Below, piece after piece: positions 46,640 through 55,984 of a stretch of 62,414 bases of DNA (the stretch's first letter is position 1; each line of letters begins with the position of its first letter). The stretch is from an uncultured Treponema sp. (GTDB lineage: Bacteria; Spirochaetota; Spirochaetia; Treponematales; Treponemataceae): positions 1 to 62,414 of the forward strand of contig CAKZZR010000211.1 in the NCBI GenBank assembly GCA_937885475.1, in the 5' to 3' direction. The notes under the pieces were generated by a model. That model was given only the letters and a program-made list of their open reading frames with translations, made no database searches and was not told where the DNA came from. The position numbers and the translations under genes were made by a program.

Positions 46640-49126
46640 TCACAAGGCGCACAAGCCCTTGCCACGTAGCTCAAAAAAAAGTTTTTCGCCAAGAACAGGC
46701 ATCAAGCGTTCAGCGCAAAATTCCGTGCGCTCAGCAGAATAGCGTGCCGCGCTTATTTCCAAAAGCGCCGTGCAAACCTTTTGAGCAACCTTCTTAGGCA
46801 CGTCCGCATATAAAAGTTCGCCCATGTACGACCAGCACAACTGCGTGCCGCCGCCGCTGCAAGCAAGCACAAGTGGTGCGCCGCCCAACCACACAAAGCG
46901 CCGGCTCGGCTCAGGCCTTGCGCAAAAGGCGGCATCACGCTTCTGCTCATATTTTTGTATCAGCCGCTCCACAAAATCGCCCGGAATGGACGGTCGCGGC
47001 ATCTTAAACGGAAAGAACGATTCCACCGGCTTTTTAAGTTTTTCGCCGTGCATCCAAAGCGCAAGCGCACCATTCAATGGCGCGGAATATTTTTCGCTGC
47101 GCTCCTGTCCCTTGAACGGAACATCGTTTTCTGCAAACTGCGTTTTTTTGCGCGGCAAGGGCTGCAAGTCCGGGTGCAATCCCGCTTCCCATTCCTTGTA
47201 AACCGTAGAATGAAGTGTAAGCGAAAAGCGGTGCCAGAACGCGGAATCCAAAAGTCCGGCGGCAAACAGCTGGCGCAGCGTTTCCATGGAATCAATCAAA
47301 TCCTGCTCGCTTTGATTCCAAAATCCAAAAATCATATATGAATGCACAAGGATTCCGGCTTCCTTAAACGCGCAGCACGCGGCAACAATGTTTTCCATGT
47401 CGGTTCCCTTGTTAACGGACGAAAGCCCTGTTCCGGTCGCAATCTCAATTCCACCGGAAACTGCCGTAAGCCCGCCGAACGAAAGCAAATCGGCAAGGTC
47501 GCGCGTAAAGGTCTTTTCAAAGCGGATATTGCCCCACCACGTAAGCCGCCGGAACGTCGGCATGGTCGCTCTTTGTGTATCAGCGCAGTTCAAAAGCGCA
47601 AAATGCTTCATGGCTGTCGGCGGACACGCCTCGTCCACAAAATGAATGCCGAACACGCCCGCGCGTACTGCCTGCGCGTGTATTCCATCGTAAAAACGCG
47701 CTATGTCCGTTGCGCAAAAGTCCTTTATGTAATCAAGCGAGGTGTCGCAGAATGCGCAGCGATGCCAATAGCAGCCGTGCGCCATATACGCTTTTATCCA
47801 TGAGCCATCGTTCCAAATGCGGTGCATTGGGTTTGTGTCGTCGGCAAGTCGCGGGTAACGCGTAAAATCAATCTGCGAAAAATCCGGAACCAGAGCGCGT
47901 ATTATGTCATGCTCCGCCGCGCAAAGTGAGCGCGCTTTTTGTGAATCCGCGTCCAATGGAAAAATGATTTTGTCGCCACAGGCATATTTTATGCCGTAAA
48001 ATTCGTCGCCGTTCAGAATGGAACAAAGCGCGTTCTCATGCCCGCCCTGTACCAGCGCTTCCGTCAGTTTTTCAAAAAGATGAATGTAGCTTCCGTAGCC
48101 CTTGTCGTAGCTTAAAAAATGACAATACTTGAACAAGCGCGGTTCCGCAATTGACCGAAGCTCGGTGTTTATGTAGCCGCCGCCAAAGGCAATAAGCGCA
48201 TTTTTTTCAAAAAATGGAATGGAGCGGATTGTCCTTGCCGTAAACAAGGCCGCCTCAAAACATCCCGGAAACGGAACGGAAACACAGAACAGCGCAGGCT
48301 CCGCCTGATACTCATGGCACACCGCCTGAACAATCGGCGCATAAAAATCGTTCAGAATCGGAGAATCAAGCCCCGATTCCGCCTGATCAAAGGTGGCGGT
48401 GCTTACCGCAAGATGTTCAGCATAGCGGATAAGCGAAAAATTACTGTCGTATACGCTTGAAATGTAATCGGCAAGGTCGGCAAGTGCAAGGCTCGCAAGA
48501 ATCTTGGAATCGTCGGCACACACATCGCGCTGCAATGATGCCAAAAAGCCTTCCATTCGCGCACCACGAGGCGCATGAGCCGAGCGAATAAATTCGTGGG
48601 CAAACTCCGCGCCAGAAATGCGCTTAGCCGCAGCACAAAAAGCAGATTGCGCGTCCTCATCGTAAGCCCTTGCATCTGCCGCGCCATCCACGCCTTCCGT
48701 TTTTGCGCAGGCACAAGTTCCTGCACTCGCGGCTACCGCGTCCGCGCCGCTTACACCCGGACACACAATCGAAACGATTATGTCTATCCAGTTCTGCCAC
48801 AGCTCCGCTTGCGAAACAAAGCGCCTAAGCTGGAACGCGGAATTGTCGTCGCCTTGCCGTTCAAAAGCGTCGGCACGGCAAAGCGCCTCGTTCATAGACT
48901 GCTCAAAAATGCGACGCAAGCCCGAGCGGCAAAAAATAGCATGAAACAGTTCATTGCTCAAATCAAGCCAGCGGACGCAACCTTCAAGATGGTGCCGTTT
49001 GTACAAATCCTTAAAAAAGGAAATAAGATATGCGCCGCTCGGATACGGCGTGTTAAGCTGTACAAGCGGCGGCTGAATTATAATGGTATTCAGAACAGGT
49101 TTTGCACCGGTCAAATTATTTTCCAA
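46640..49126 (-). CDS. B12-binding-class radical SAM protein
   Basis: PP..QLNTPYP, GCYWHRCAFCD (CxxxCxxC), HFVDEA, W.NIRFE, GG.E motifs. Confidence 0.9.
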   Translation of the reverse strand: MENNLTGAKPVLNTIIIQPPLVQLNTPYPSGAYLISFFKDLYKRHHLEGCVRWLDLSNELFHAIFCRSGLRRIFEQSMNEALCRADAFERQGDDNSAFQLRRFVSQAELWQNWIDIIVSIVCPGVSGADAVAASAGTCACAKTEGVDGAADARAYDEDAQSAFCAAAKRISGAEFAHEFIRSAHAPRGARMEGFLASLQRDVCADDSKILASLALADLADYISSVYDSNFSLIRYAEHLAVSTATFDQAESGLDSPILNDFYAPIVQAVCHEYQAEPALFCVSVPFPGCFEAALFTARTIRSIPFFEKNALIAFGGGYINTELRSIAEPRLFKYCHFLSYDKGYGSYIHLFEKLTEALVQGGHENALCSILNGDEFYGIKYACGDKIIFPLDADSQKARSLCAAEHDIIRALVPDFSQIDFTRYPRLADDTNPMHRIWNDGSWIKAYMAHGCYWHRCAFCDTSLDYIKDFCATDIARFYDGIHAQAVRAGVFGIHFVDEACPPTAMKHFALLNCADTQRATMPTFRRLTWWGNIRFEKTFTRDLADLLSFGGLTAVSGGIEIATGTGLSSVNKGTDMENIVAACCAFKEAGILVHSYMIFGFWNQSEQDLIDSMETLRQLFAAGLLDSAFWHRFSLTLHSTVYKEWEAGLHPDLQPLPRKKTQFAENDVPFKGQERSEKYSAPLNGALALWMHGEKLKKPVESFFPFKMPRPSIPGDFVERLIQKYEQKRDAAFCARPEPSRRFVWLGGAPLVLACSGGGTQLCWSYMGELLYADVPKKVAQKVCTALLEISAARYSAERTEFCAERLMPVLGEKLFFELRGKGLCAL

Positions 49127-49907
49127 GCTCAGCGGATTTTTCGCATGCGGCGGTAACGGCCTTTATTACGGCGCTTCTGAAACCGTTTTCTTCAAGGGCG
49201 GCAACGCCTTCTATTGTAGTGCCGGCTGGCGAGGTAACGCTGTCCTTTAAGGCTCCTGGGTGCTTTCCTGTCTCAAGAACCAAAGAAGCGGACCCTTTTA
49301 CCGTCTGGGCGGCGTAAATATATGCCTGGGCGCGTGGCATTCCGCAGCGAACGGCGGCATCTGCCAATGCTTCTATGAACATGAACACGAATGCCGGTCC
49401 GGAACCGCTTACCGCAGTAACGCAGTCCATCAGCTTTTCAGGAACAATCTCTACCTTTCCTGCTGCCTCAAGAATTGATTTTGCGGTTTTCTGCTCGTCT
49501 TCAGAAATGTTTTCTTTAAAGGTCATTGCCGTCATTCCTTCTGCAATCTGCGCCGGAACATTTGGCATTATGCGTATGAATCGGGCTTTTGGTGCAAGGC
49601 TTTCAAGCTTTTCAATTTTTACGCCGGCTGCCATGGAAATCACTACGGCATCAGAAGGAATGGAATCCTTTATCTCGTCAAAAACCTCTTTAAGAAAAGC
49701 AGGCTTTACCGCAATGAAAATATATTTTGCGCCGCTTATGGCTTTTGTGTTCGTTTCTGCAACTTGGCAGCCATTTTCTGAGGCAAACTTTTTGGCAGCC
49801 TCGATAAATTTGTCTGTAACGCAAATTTCATTTGCGTCAAATTTTTTGCAAACGCCGCGCATTATAGCGCCGCCCATTGCACCAGTTCCAATACAAGCAA
49901 TTTTCAT
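49116..49907 (-). CDS. proC: Pyrroline-5-carboxylate reductase
   Basis: IG.G.MG, AVKP, S.AAG, RIMPN, SGSGPA, VTSPAGTT motifs. Confidence 0.97.
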   Translation of the reverse strand: MKIACIGTGAMGGAIMRGVCKKFDANEICVTDKFIEAAKKFASENGCQVAETNTKAISGAKYIFIAVKPAFLKEVFDEIKDSIPSDAVVISMAAGVKIEKLESLAPKARFIRIMPNVPAQIAEGMTAMTFKENISEDEQKTAKSILEAAGKVEIVPEKLMDCVTAVSGSGPAFVFMFIEALADAAVRCGMPRAQAYIYAAQTVKGSASLVLETGKHPGALKDSVTSPAGTTIEGVAALEENGFRSAVIKAVTAACEKSAELGK

Positions 49908-49920
49908 AATTCCTCCATAA

Positions 49921-50715
49921 CTATTCTGATAAGAACAAGGTTCCTACAGCGCCTTCGCCAGTCAGGGTTGTGAGCGCATTTGGCTTTCCGCCGTTGGCAA
50001 GAAGCATAGGTATTCCGTATACGGTCGTTTTTTCTGCCGCCTGAATTTTTGTCTCAATTCCGCCAGTTCCAAACGAATTGGTGGAACCAATCTTTATTGA
50101 CTTTCTGAGTTCTGCAATGTCTGATACGGTCTGCACAAGCTCGGCGTTTTTATTTGTCTTTGGGTTGTCTGTGTAGATTCCGTCGATGTCGCTGAACAGA
50201 ATCAGAAGGTCGGCGCTCCACAATATTGCCGTAAGGGCAGAAAGGTTGTCGTTGTCGCCAATCTGGAATTCATCAATTGAAACGGAATCGTTTTCGTTTA
50301 TAATCGGGATTACGCCTTCGTCCGCAAGGGTAAAAAGCGTGTTCCTTATGTTAAGGGAACGGTGCTCGTTTTCAAAGTCGTCCTTTGTGAACAAAAGCTG
50401 ACCTATGTGAAGGTTCTGCTCTGCAAAAGCCTTTCGCCACTGCGCCATAAGCTCAACCTGCCCGATTGCGCACAGCGCCTGCCTGAAGTGAACGTCCTTT
50501 TTGCGCGCCCATTCCTTAAGCGTTGAGACACCTGAAACCTGCGCTCCCGAAGAAACGATTACAAGCTGCTTTCCCTGGTCAACGAGTTTTTTGCACTGGC
50601 TTGCAAAGCTTGCCATGAATTCAGTGTTCTGAGTTCCGTCGGCCTTTGCGAGGGTGTTGCTTCCGATTTTTATTACGATTTTGCGTGCGTCTTTTACTGT
50701 TTCTGCAATTGTCAT
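49921..50715 (-). CDS. proB: Glutamate 5-kinase (no PUA domain)
   Basis: VIKIGS, VSSGA, IINEND, GDND.L, GTGG..TK motifs. Confidence 0.95.
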   Translation of the reverse strand: MTIAETVKDARKIVIKIGSNTLAKADGTQNTEFMASFASQCKKLVDQGKQLVIVSSGAQVSGVSTLKEWARKKDVHFRQALCAIGQVELMAQWRKAFAEQNLHIGQLLFTKDDFENEHRSLNIRNTLFTLADEGVIPIINENDSVSIDEFQIGDNDNLSALTAILWSADLLILFSDIDGIYTDNPKTNKNAELVQTVSDIAELRKSIKIGSTNSFGTGGIETKIQAAEKTTVYGIPMLLANGGKPNALTTLTGEGAVGTLFLSE

Positions 50716-50724
50716 ACTAACTCC

Positions 50725-50748
50725 TTGGCTTCGACAAGCTTAAACCAA
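50725..50748. repeat. Degenerate intergenic copy of the short TTCGACAAGCT palindrome between proA and proB
   Basis: TTGGCTTCGACAAGCTTAAACCAA. Confidence 0.6.
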
Positions 50749-50753
50749 CGGTA

Positions 50754-52046
50754 CTATCGTATCTGGCCGTCTCCGTCTATCAGGTATTTTGTGGTGGTAA
50801 GCGCCTTTATTCCCATTGGACCGCGCGCATGCAGCTTCTGGGTAGAAATTCCAAGCTCCGCACCAAAGCCAAATTCGCCGCCGTCCGTAAAGCGCGTTGA
50901 GGCATTCACGTACACGCAGCTTGCATCAATTTTTGCCTGGAACAGCTTTGCGTTCTGCCGGCTTTCGGTGATGATGCTTTCTGAATGCTTGGTGTTGTGG
51001 GAATTTATGTAGGCGATTGCTTCGTCCACGTTGCTTACGGTCTTTATGCAGCATTCATAGTCAAGATATTCGTTTCCAAAGTCGTCTTCTGTGGCTTCAA
51101 ACAGCTTTGCGCCGGTTTTAGAAGATGCTGCGGTCAGAATGTCATAGGCTTCTTTGTCTGCATGCAGAACCACTCTGCCGGCAAACTGCTTTGCGAGCAT
51201 CGGAAGGAATTCCTGTGAGATTTTTTTGTTAACGACAATGCATTCAATTGCGTTGCATACGCTTGGGCGCTGAATTTTTGCGTTCTCGGCAATGCGGCAT
51301 GCCATGTCAAGGTCTGCGCTTTCGTCAATGTACAGGTGGCAAACGCCGCTTCCGGTTTCAATCACTGGAACCCGGGCATTCTGCACTACGCTTTGAATGA
51401 GTTTTTTGCCGCCGCGTGGAAGCACTACGTCAATTTTTCCTACTGCGGTAAGGATTGCATCCACGTCGCTGTGGTCATGCTCTTTTACCTCAACAAGCTC
51501 AATGGCTTCTGGAACGCCGCCTTGTGTTTTTGAGAGAGCCGACTTTATAATCTGAACGATTGCCTTGTTTGAGTTATATGCGCTTGAAGAACCTCGCAAA
51601 AGAATTGCGTTTCCGCTTTTGTAGGCAAGGCAGAACGCGTCAACCGTTACGTTTGGGCGGCTTTCATAAATGATGGACATGACTCCAAGCGGAACGCGCA
51701 CCTGTCGGATTGTAAGGCCGTTGGGCGTCTTCCAGCCGGCAACTTCCTCTCCGACTGGGTCTGTCTGTGCGATTACAATATTCATGCTTTCGATGATTCC
51801 GTTTATGCGCTTGTCGTCCAGGCTCAGGCGGTCTATCAAGGATTCCTTGGTGCCGTTGTCGCGTGCAATCTGAACGTCCTTTTTGTTTGCTTCAATGATT
51901 TTTGCGCGCTCGCCGTCCAAAGCGGCTGCCACAGCCTTAAGAACCGCGTTTTTCTGGCTTGCTGTCTGCAAGGCAAGTTTTTCGCTTCCTTTGCGCAATG
52001 AAATATATTGTTCGTCCAATGTCATATTATTCTCCACTTTAAGCAT
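50754..52046 (-). CDS. proA: Gamma-glutamyl phosphate reductase
   Basis: VPLGV..IIYESRPNVT, PRGG, CNA.E, NASTRFTDG.EFG.GAE.GISTQKLHARGPMG motifs. Confidence 0.97.
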   Translation of the reverse strand: MLKVENNMTLDEQYISLRKGSEKLALQTASQKNAVLKAVAAALDGERAKIIEANKKDVQIARDNGTKESLIDRLSLDDKRINGIIESMNIVIAQTDPVGEEVAGWKTPNGLTIRQVRVPLGVMSIIYESRPNVTVDAFCLAYKSGNAILLRGSSSAYNSNKAIVQIIKSALSKTQGGVPEAIELVEVKEHDHSDVDAILTAVGKIDVVLPRGGKKLIQSVVQNARVPVIETGSGVCHLYIDESADLDMACRIAENAKIQRPSVCNAIECIVVNKKISQEFLPMLAKQFAGRVVLHADKEAYDILTAASSKTGAKLFEATEDDFGNEYLDYECCIKTVSNVDEAIAYINSHNTKHSESIITESRQNAKLFQAKIDASCVYVNASTRFTDGGEFGFGAELGISTQKLHARGPMGIKALTTTKYLIDGDGQIR

Positions 52047-52098
52047 TCGCTTTTAAAAATGAAAAGCCGGAACAAAACGCCCCGGCCCGTATGTCGTA

Positions 52099-52623
52099 TT
52101 AGTAATTTGCCAAGAAATACATTCCAAGCAAAACTGCATTGCGGCATTTTTCAACAGGCCATTCTGCTGAAGTGGGGAGACTCTTGATGTACCACCAGAA
52201 GATTCCGAATCCTGGGTCAATGCGAAGTGAATATTCGCCAAAGTCGTCAGATTTTGTCTGCTGACCGAACATCAGGTAAACGGCCTCGCTCAGAACGTTC
52301 AGGAACACGTCATAGGTCTTTGCCCAATCGCTTGTGTCGCTGCACAACTTTTCAAGCTGGAACAAAATCTGTTCCTTAAGCGCTATGTCTGATTTTTCAA
52401 CCCAAGTTTTTTCTATCAAAAGCTTAAGGTTCTTCTGAAAACTTTCTATCAGCTTCTGCTCGTCCTCGCCAGAAAAATCCCCGGCGTAACCGAACATTGC
52501 GGCAATTTTATCAACGGTTGCATTGTCGTTGTCTGTTCCGGACGTAAAATTGATTACAGCCTGAACGGTATCTTTTTCTATGAATTCTTCAATAAGATTC
52601 TGTACTTTATCTGCTAATGCCAT
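52099..52623 (-). CDS. Hypothetical protein
   Basis: 174-aa ORF with a plausible composition, co-oriented with its neighbours. Confidence 0.75.
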   Translation of the reverse strand: MALADKVQNLIEEFIEKDTVQAVINFTSGTDNDNATVDKIAAMFGYAGDFSGEDEQKLIESFQKNLKLLIEKTWVEKSDIALKEQILFQLEKLCSDTSDWAKTYDVFLNVLSEAVYLMFGQQTKSDDFGEYSLRIDPGFGIFWWYIKSLPTSAEWPVEKCRNAVLLGMYFLANY

Positions 52624-52702
52624 ACTGAATAATAAATTTTATCAAAGATTTGGGCAAGTAGGTAGCAAAACCACGCCACTTGCCCAGCGAATGCCACACG
52701 CG

Positions 52703-53893
52703 CTATTTGAGCGCGTCCATCTGCTTTGCGGCAATGTCCATCGTTTTTTTAACGTCATCGCCTTCCCAAATACCGGAAATTGCTGAACCCATAATCTGCC
52801 AGTACGAGCCAAGCTGCGGAATGACTGGCATGGGTTTTGAATACTTAAGCTGCTCTGCAAAGCCGCTCGTAAGCACGTTCATGCTGCGGATTGCCTTGTG
52901 CGGCGGAATCTGGTCGGTCATTACAAAGCGCTTTGCAAGCATTTCCTTTGACGTAAGGAATTTTGCAAATTCCATCGCTTCCTCCGGGTATTCCGTGTAG
53001 GAGCTGACAAACGCAAGCCTAACGCCGGAAAATGAGGTTGCAGGAACATCCTTTCCAGGGAACGAAGGAAGCGTGGTAACGCCAAAATTCATCTTGAGCT
53101 TTTTGAACTCGTTTATTTTCCAGGAGCCGGTGATTATCATCGGGGACTTGCCTTCCTCAAAGGACGCATGGCAAAAGTCACGCGAAACATCGCTCGCCGG
53201 AATATTCAGAATCTGCTTTCGCAAGCCCTGAAAATACGTTAACCCTTCTATTGCCGCCTGAGAATTCAAATTATGCTGCTTGGCATTGTTTCCGCGCGCA
53301 CCAAAAAGCGGCGCGCCAAAGCTGTCTGTGAACATGTACGCATAGTATGGATCGTTCACCGGCCACACCAGCGCGTATTTTCCTTCTACGGTCTTATTCC
53401 ATTTTTTTGCGTAGGCAATAATCTCATCCCACGTCTTAAGCGGCTCCTCAATTATGTCCTTGTTGTAAAAAAGCGCGTAAGTTTCTGCGCCCAGCGGGTA
53501 GCCATAAATAACGCCGTCGTATCACGCGGCAATCTGCGCAATCTCGTAAAACTGCGAAATGTATTCCTCCGCGTCCTCAACTGGCAGAATGTGCTGACCA
53601 GCAACAAGCGCGCCTATATGGTCGTGCGGAGCCACAAAAATATCGGCACCAACGCCAGCCGGTCCGTCCAGCTCAATCTTGTTGCGTGCGTCCGTGGATT
53701 CAACCGGCTCGTACGTAATCTTTACGCGTGGATTCACCGTGCGGAATTCCTTTATTGCCGCCTGAATGAACGCGCCTTCCGTTCCAGCAGATTCCCAAAC
53801 CTTAAGCTCAACGCGTCCGCTTTTTTTAGGTGCTCCAAAAACGCTAGCCAGCGCCATTCCTGCAAAAAGCGCAGTCCAAATGATTTTTTTCAT
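52703..53893 (-). pseudogene. Maltose/maltodextrin-type ABC substrate-binding protein interrupted by one in-frame TGA
   Basis: DGPAGVGAD.F..PHD..G; ...AQIAA*YDGVIYGYPLGAETYALFYNKD continues in the same frame into ORF 52703-53368. Confidence 0.85.
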
Positions 53894-54024
53894 AAAACAC
53901 TCCAGAATGAATTTATCTACACTTTTTGCAATGCTTGGATTCTATAGAAAAAATGTTTAACGTTCAACCAGTGCCCAAAGCAAACGTATTATAAAACTTC
54001 AAAATTGAAAAGGTATTGTTTTCC

Positions 54025-54164
54025 TTAAAAAAAATAGCTTCCAGTCGAGTTTCGTCCTTCAAAACCTAGGGAACGGCGGCTGAAAGCCGACAAAATGCTC
54101 CGGTGGAGCATTTTGAGTGAGTCTCCGAGCAGCTGTGCTGCGAAGGCACGCTCGCGTGCTACAC
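54025..54164 (+). repeat. Intergenic repeat, long form with ~79-bp internal hairpin module (partner 62355-62414)
   Basis: AAAAAATAGCTTCCAGTCGAGTTTCGTCYTTCAAAA and GCACGCTCGCGTGCTACAC are shared with the window end. Confidence 0.9.
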
Positions 54165-54199
54165 CTTGTTGTGCCTTGTAACTATATACGTTGCCGCCT

Positions 54200-55984
54200 T
54201 TACTTCGTCTTGAAGGCGATTGCGCCGTCCCAATGCTCGGGGGGATTCTTTATGAATTCCTCACATCGGGATTGCATGAGCAGGCTTGCCTTATCGCAGG
54301 GAACTTGGTCAAGCGCTTTTGAAAAATATTCCTTTGCAAGATTGAAAACGCCCTGTTTGTACAGTTTCATGCCTTTGGAATATGCGTCCCGATATTCTGA
54401 AGAAAATTCGTCCTTTGAAACGTCCACGGCATAAATAGGAACGGCAACCTCTTTTCCTTTTACCTTTACGTCGTCAAGGTAGCGGAACACAAATTCGTCC
54501 TGTTTCTTTATGTCGTCCTTTACACTTTGGCTTACAAGGATTTTTGCGCCATACGTTTTTGTAAGACCTTCAAGGCGGCTGGCAAGGTTCACGCTGTCGC
54601 CAATTACGGAATAGTCCGTTTTGTCCTTTGAGCCGATTGAACCTACGATAAGGTCGCCGTAGTTTATGCCTATTCCTATGTCAAACGTCATTCCCTGCGG
54701 CATGACCAAATCCTCCAGCGGAATTGAAGCAAGAGCCGTGCGCATCTCATATGCGGCGGCCACGGCGCGACGGGCGTTGTCCTCATAGCTTACGGGTGCG
54801 CCAAACAGCGCCATGATTGCGTCGCCAATGAATTTGTCAATCGTACCGCCGTGCTTTTTTATTATCTCTACCATAATTGTAAAATAGCGGTTCAAGAACG
54901 AAACGATTGTTTCCGGCTTGTTGCGCTCGCTTATATTTGTGAACGAGCGGATGTCGCTGAACAGCACGGCAACCTCGCGCTTTTCGCCCACGGAAATTTT
55001 GTCCTGCGTTTCGGTTTGTGAAACAAGCTCGTCAATAATCTGCTCTGGAACAAAGCGGCTGAACGCCAGGCGAATCCGCTTTTCAAAAAAAAGCTTCTGT
55101 TTGAGCATGAGGGCGTTTTCCAAAAGCGGGCCGGCGTTTTCCGCGCAATAATACAGCAGGTTCAATTGTTCCACAGAAAAATTTTCCTGGCTCACAACAT
55201 GAACCGTCGCAAAATTATTTTTTTGTGAGCCTGAGATTTTTACAAAATGATATGAAGAAAGAGAAAGACCCTTTACGTAGAATTTTTCAAGGTTGTGGTT
55301 GGTAGCTACCTGCACAGGCTCATAAAAGCGCGCGGACTTGTCGATTCCTGCGTTCTCAAAGTCGGTGCGGCAAACCTTTAAAAAGTCATCCGTATCTGTC
55401 TGCGCAATGCTTTTTGCGCTGATGTAGTAGCAATGCGGGCCGTCGTCTTCCTGCAATATGAACGCCGCCAACGGAATTTTGCAGTAGTCAATTACGATGT
55501 TCAAAAAGCTTTTTACGACGTTCTCCATTTTTGTCCACGTCTTTATCATTCCATACAGGGATTTTATGATTGCATTCTTTGAAAGCTCCGTGCGGGTGGG
55601 AAGATTCGTCATCATCGCGCTAGAAACGTTCAGCAGGGCTTTTATGTCTGCGCCAAGACTGTTTTCGTTCAGCGTAAAAACCATGTCGGACGTGCTGTTC
55701 TGCATAAGAAGGTCCTCAAACGGAAGCTCTTGTGTGCAAAAAAGTCCCACCGGAATTTTCTGCATCATGTCGAACGTTTTTATAAGACGGACGACTTCAA
55801 AGCTGTTGGGATTTTCCAGCTCCGCATCTATAAGAACCGCGTCGGGCAGGGAATTTTTTAGCTCGTCCAGAAAAGTAAAAATATCTTTTGTAAAAACTGT
55901 ATTAAAATCCTGCTCACGTGTGCTTTCGGTAATTTTTAGTTGCAGGGTTTCAGAAGGTTCCAATACTAAAATTCGCTTAGACAT
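54200..55984 (-). CDS. REC-domain class III adenylate/guanylate cyclase
   Basis: N-terminal REC-like domain; LFSDIRSFT, DKFIGDAIMA.FG, GIGIN.G..IVG.IG, DYSVIGD.VN.ASRLE; K and D specificity residues suggest ATP. Confidence 0.92.
   Translation of the reverse strand: MSKRILVLEPSETLQLKITESTREQDFNTVFTKDIFTFLDELKNSLPDAVLIDAELENPNSFEVVRLIKTFDMMQKIPVGLFCTQELPFEDLLMQNSTSDMVFTLNENSLGADIKALLNVSSAMMTNLPTRTELSKNAIIKSLYGMIKTWTKMENVVKSFLNIVIDYCKIPLAAFILQEDDGPHCYYISAKSIAQTDTDDFLKVCRTDFENAGIDKSARFYEPVQVATNHNLEKFYVKGLSLSSYHFVKISGSQKNNFATVHVVSQENFSVEQLNLLYYCAENAGPLLENALMLKQKLFFEKRIRLAFSRFVPEQIIDELVSQTETQDKISVGEKREVAVLFSDIRSFTNISERNKPETIVSFLNRYFTIMVEIIKKHGGTIDKFIGDAIMALFGAPVSYEDNARRAVAAAYEMRTALASIPLEDLVMPQGMTFDIGIGINYGDLIVGSIGSKDKTDYSVIGDSVNLASRLEGLTKTYGAKILVSQSVKDDIKKQDEFVFRYLDDVKVKGKEVAVPIYAVDVSKDEFSSEYRDAYSKGMKLYKQGVFNLAKEYFSKALDQVPCDKASLLMQSRCEEFIKNPPEHWDGAIAFKTK

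Noticed and set aside
53522..53524. Selenocysteine codon
   Set aside because: No evident downstream SECIS hairpin, and the family is not a known redox selenoprotein.
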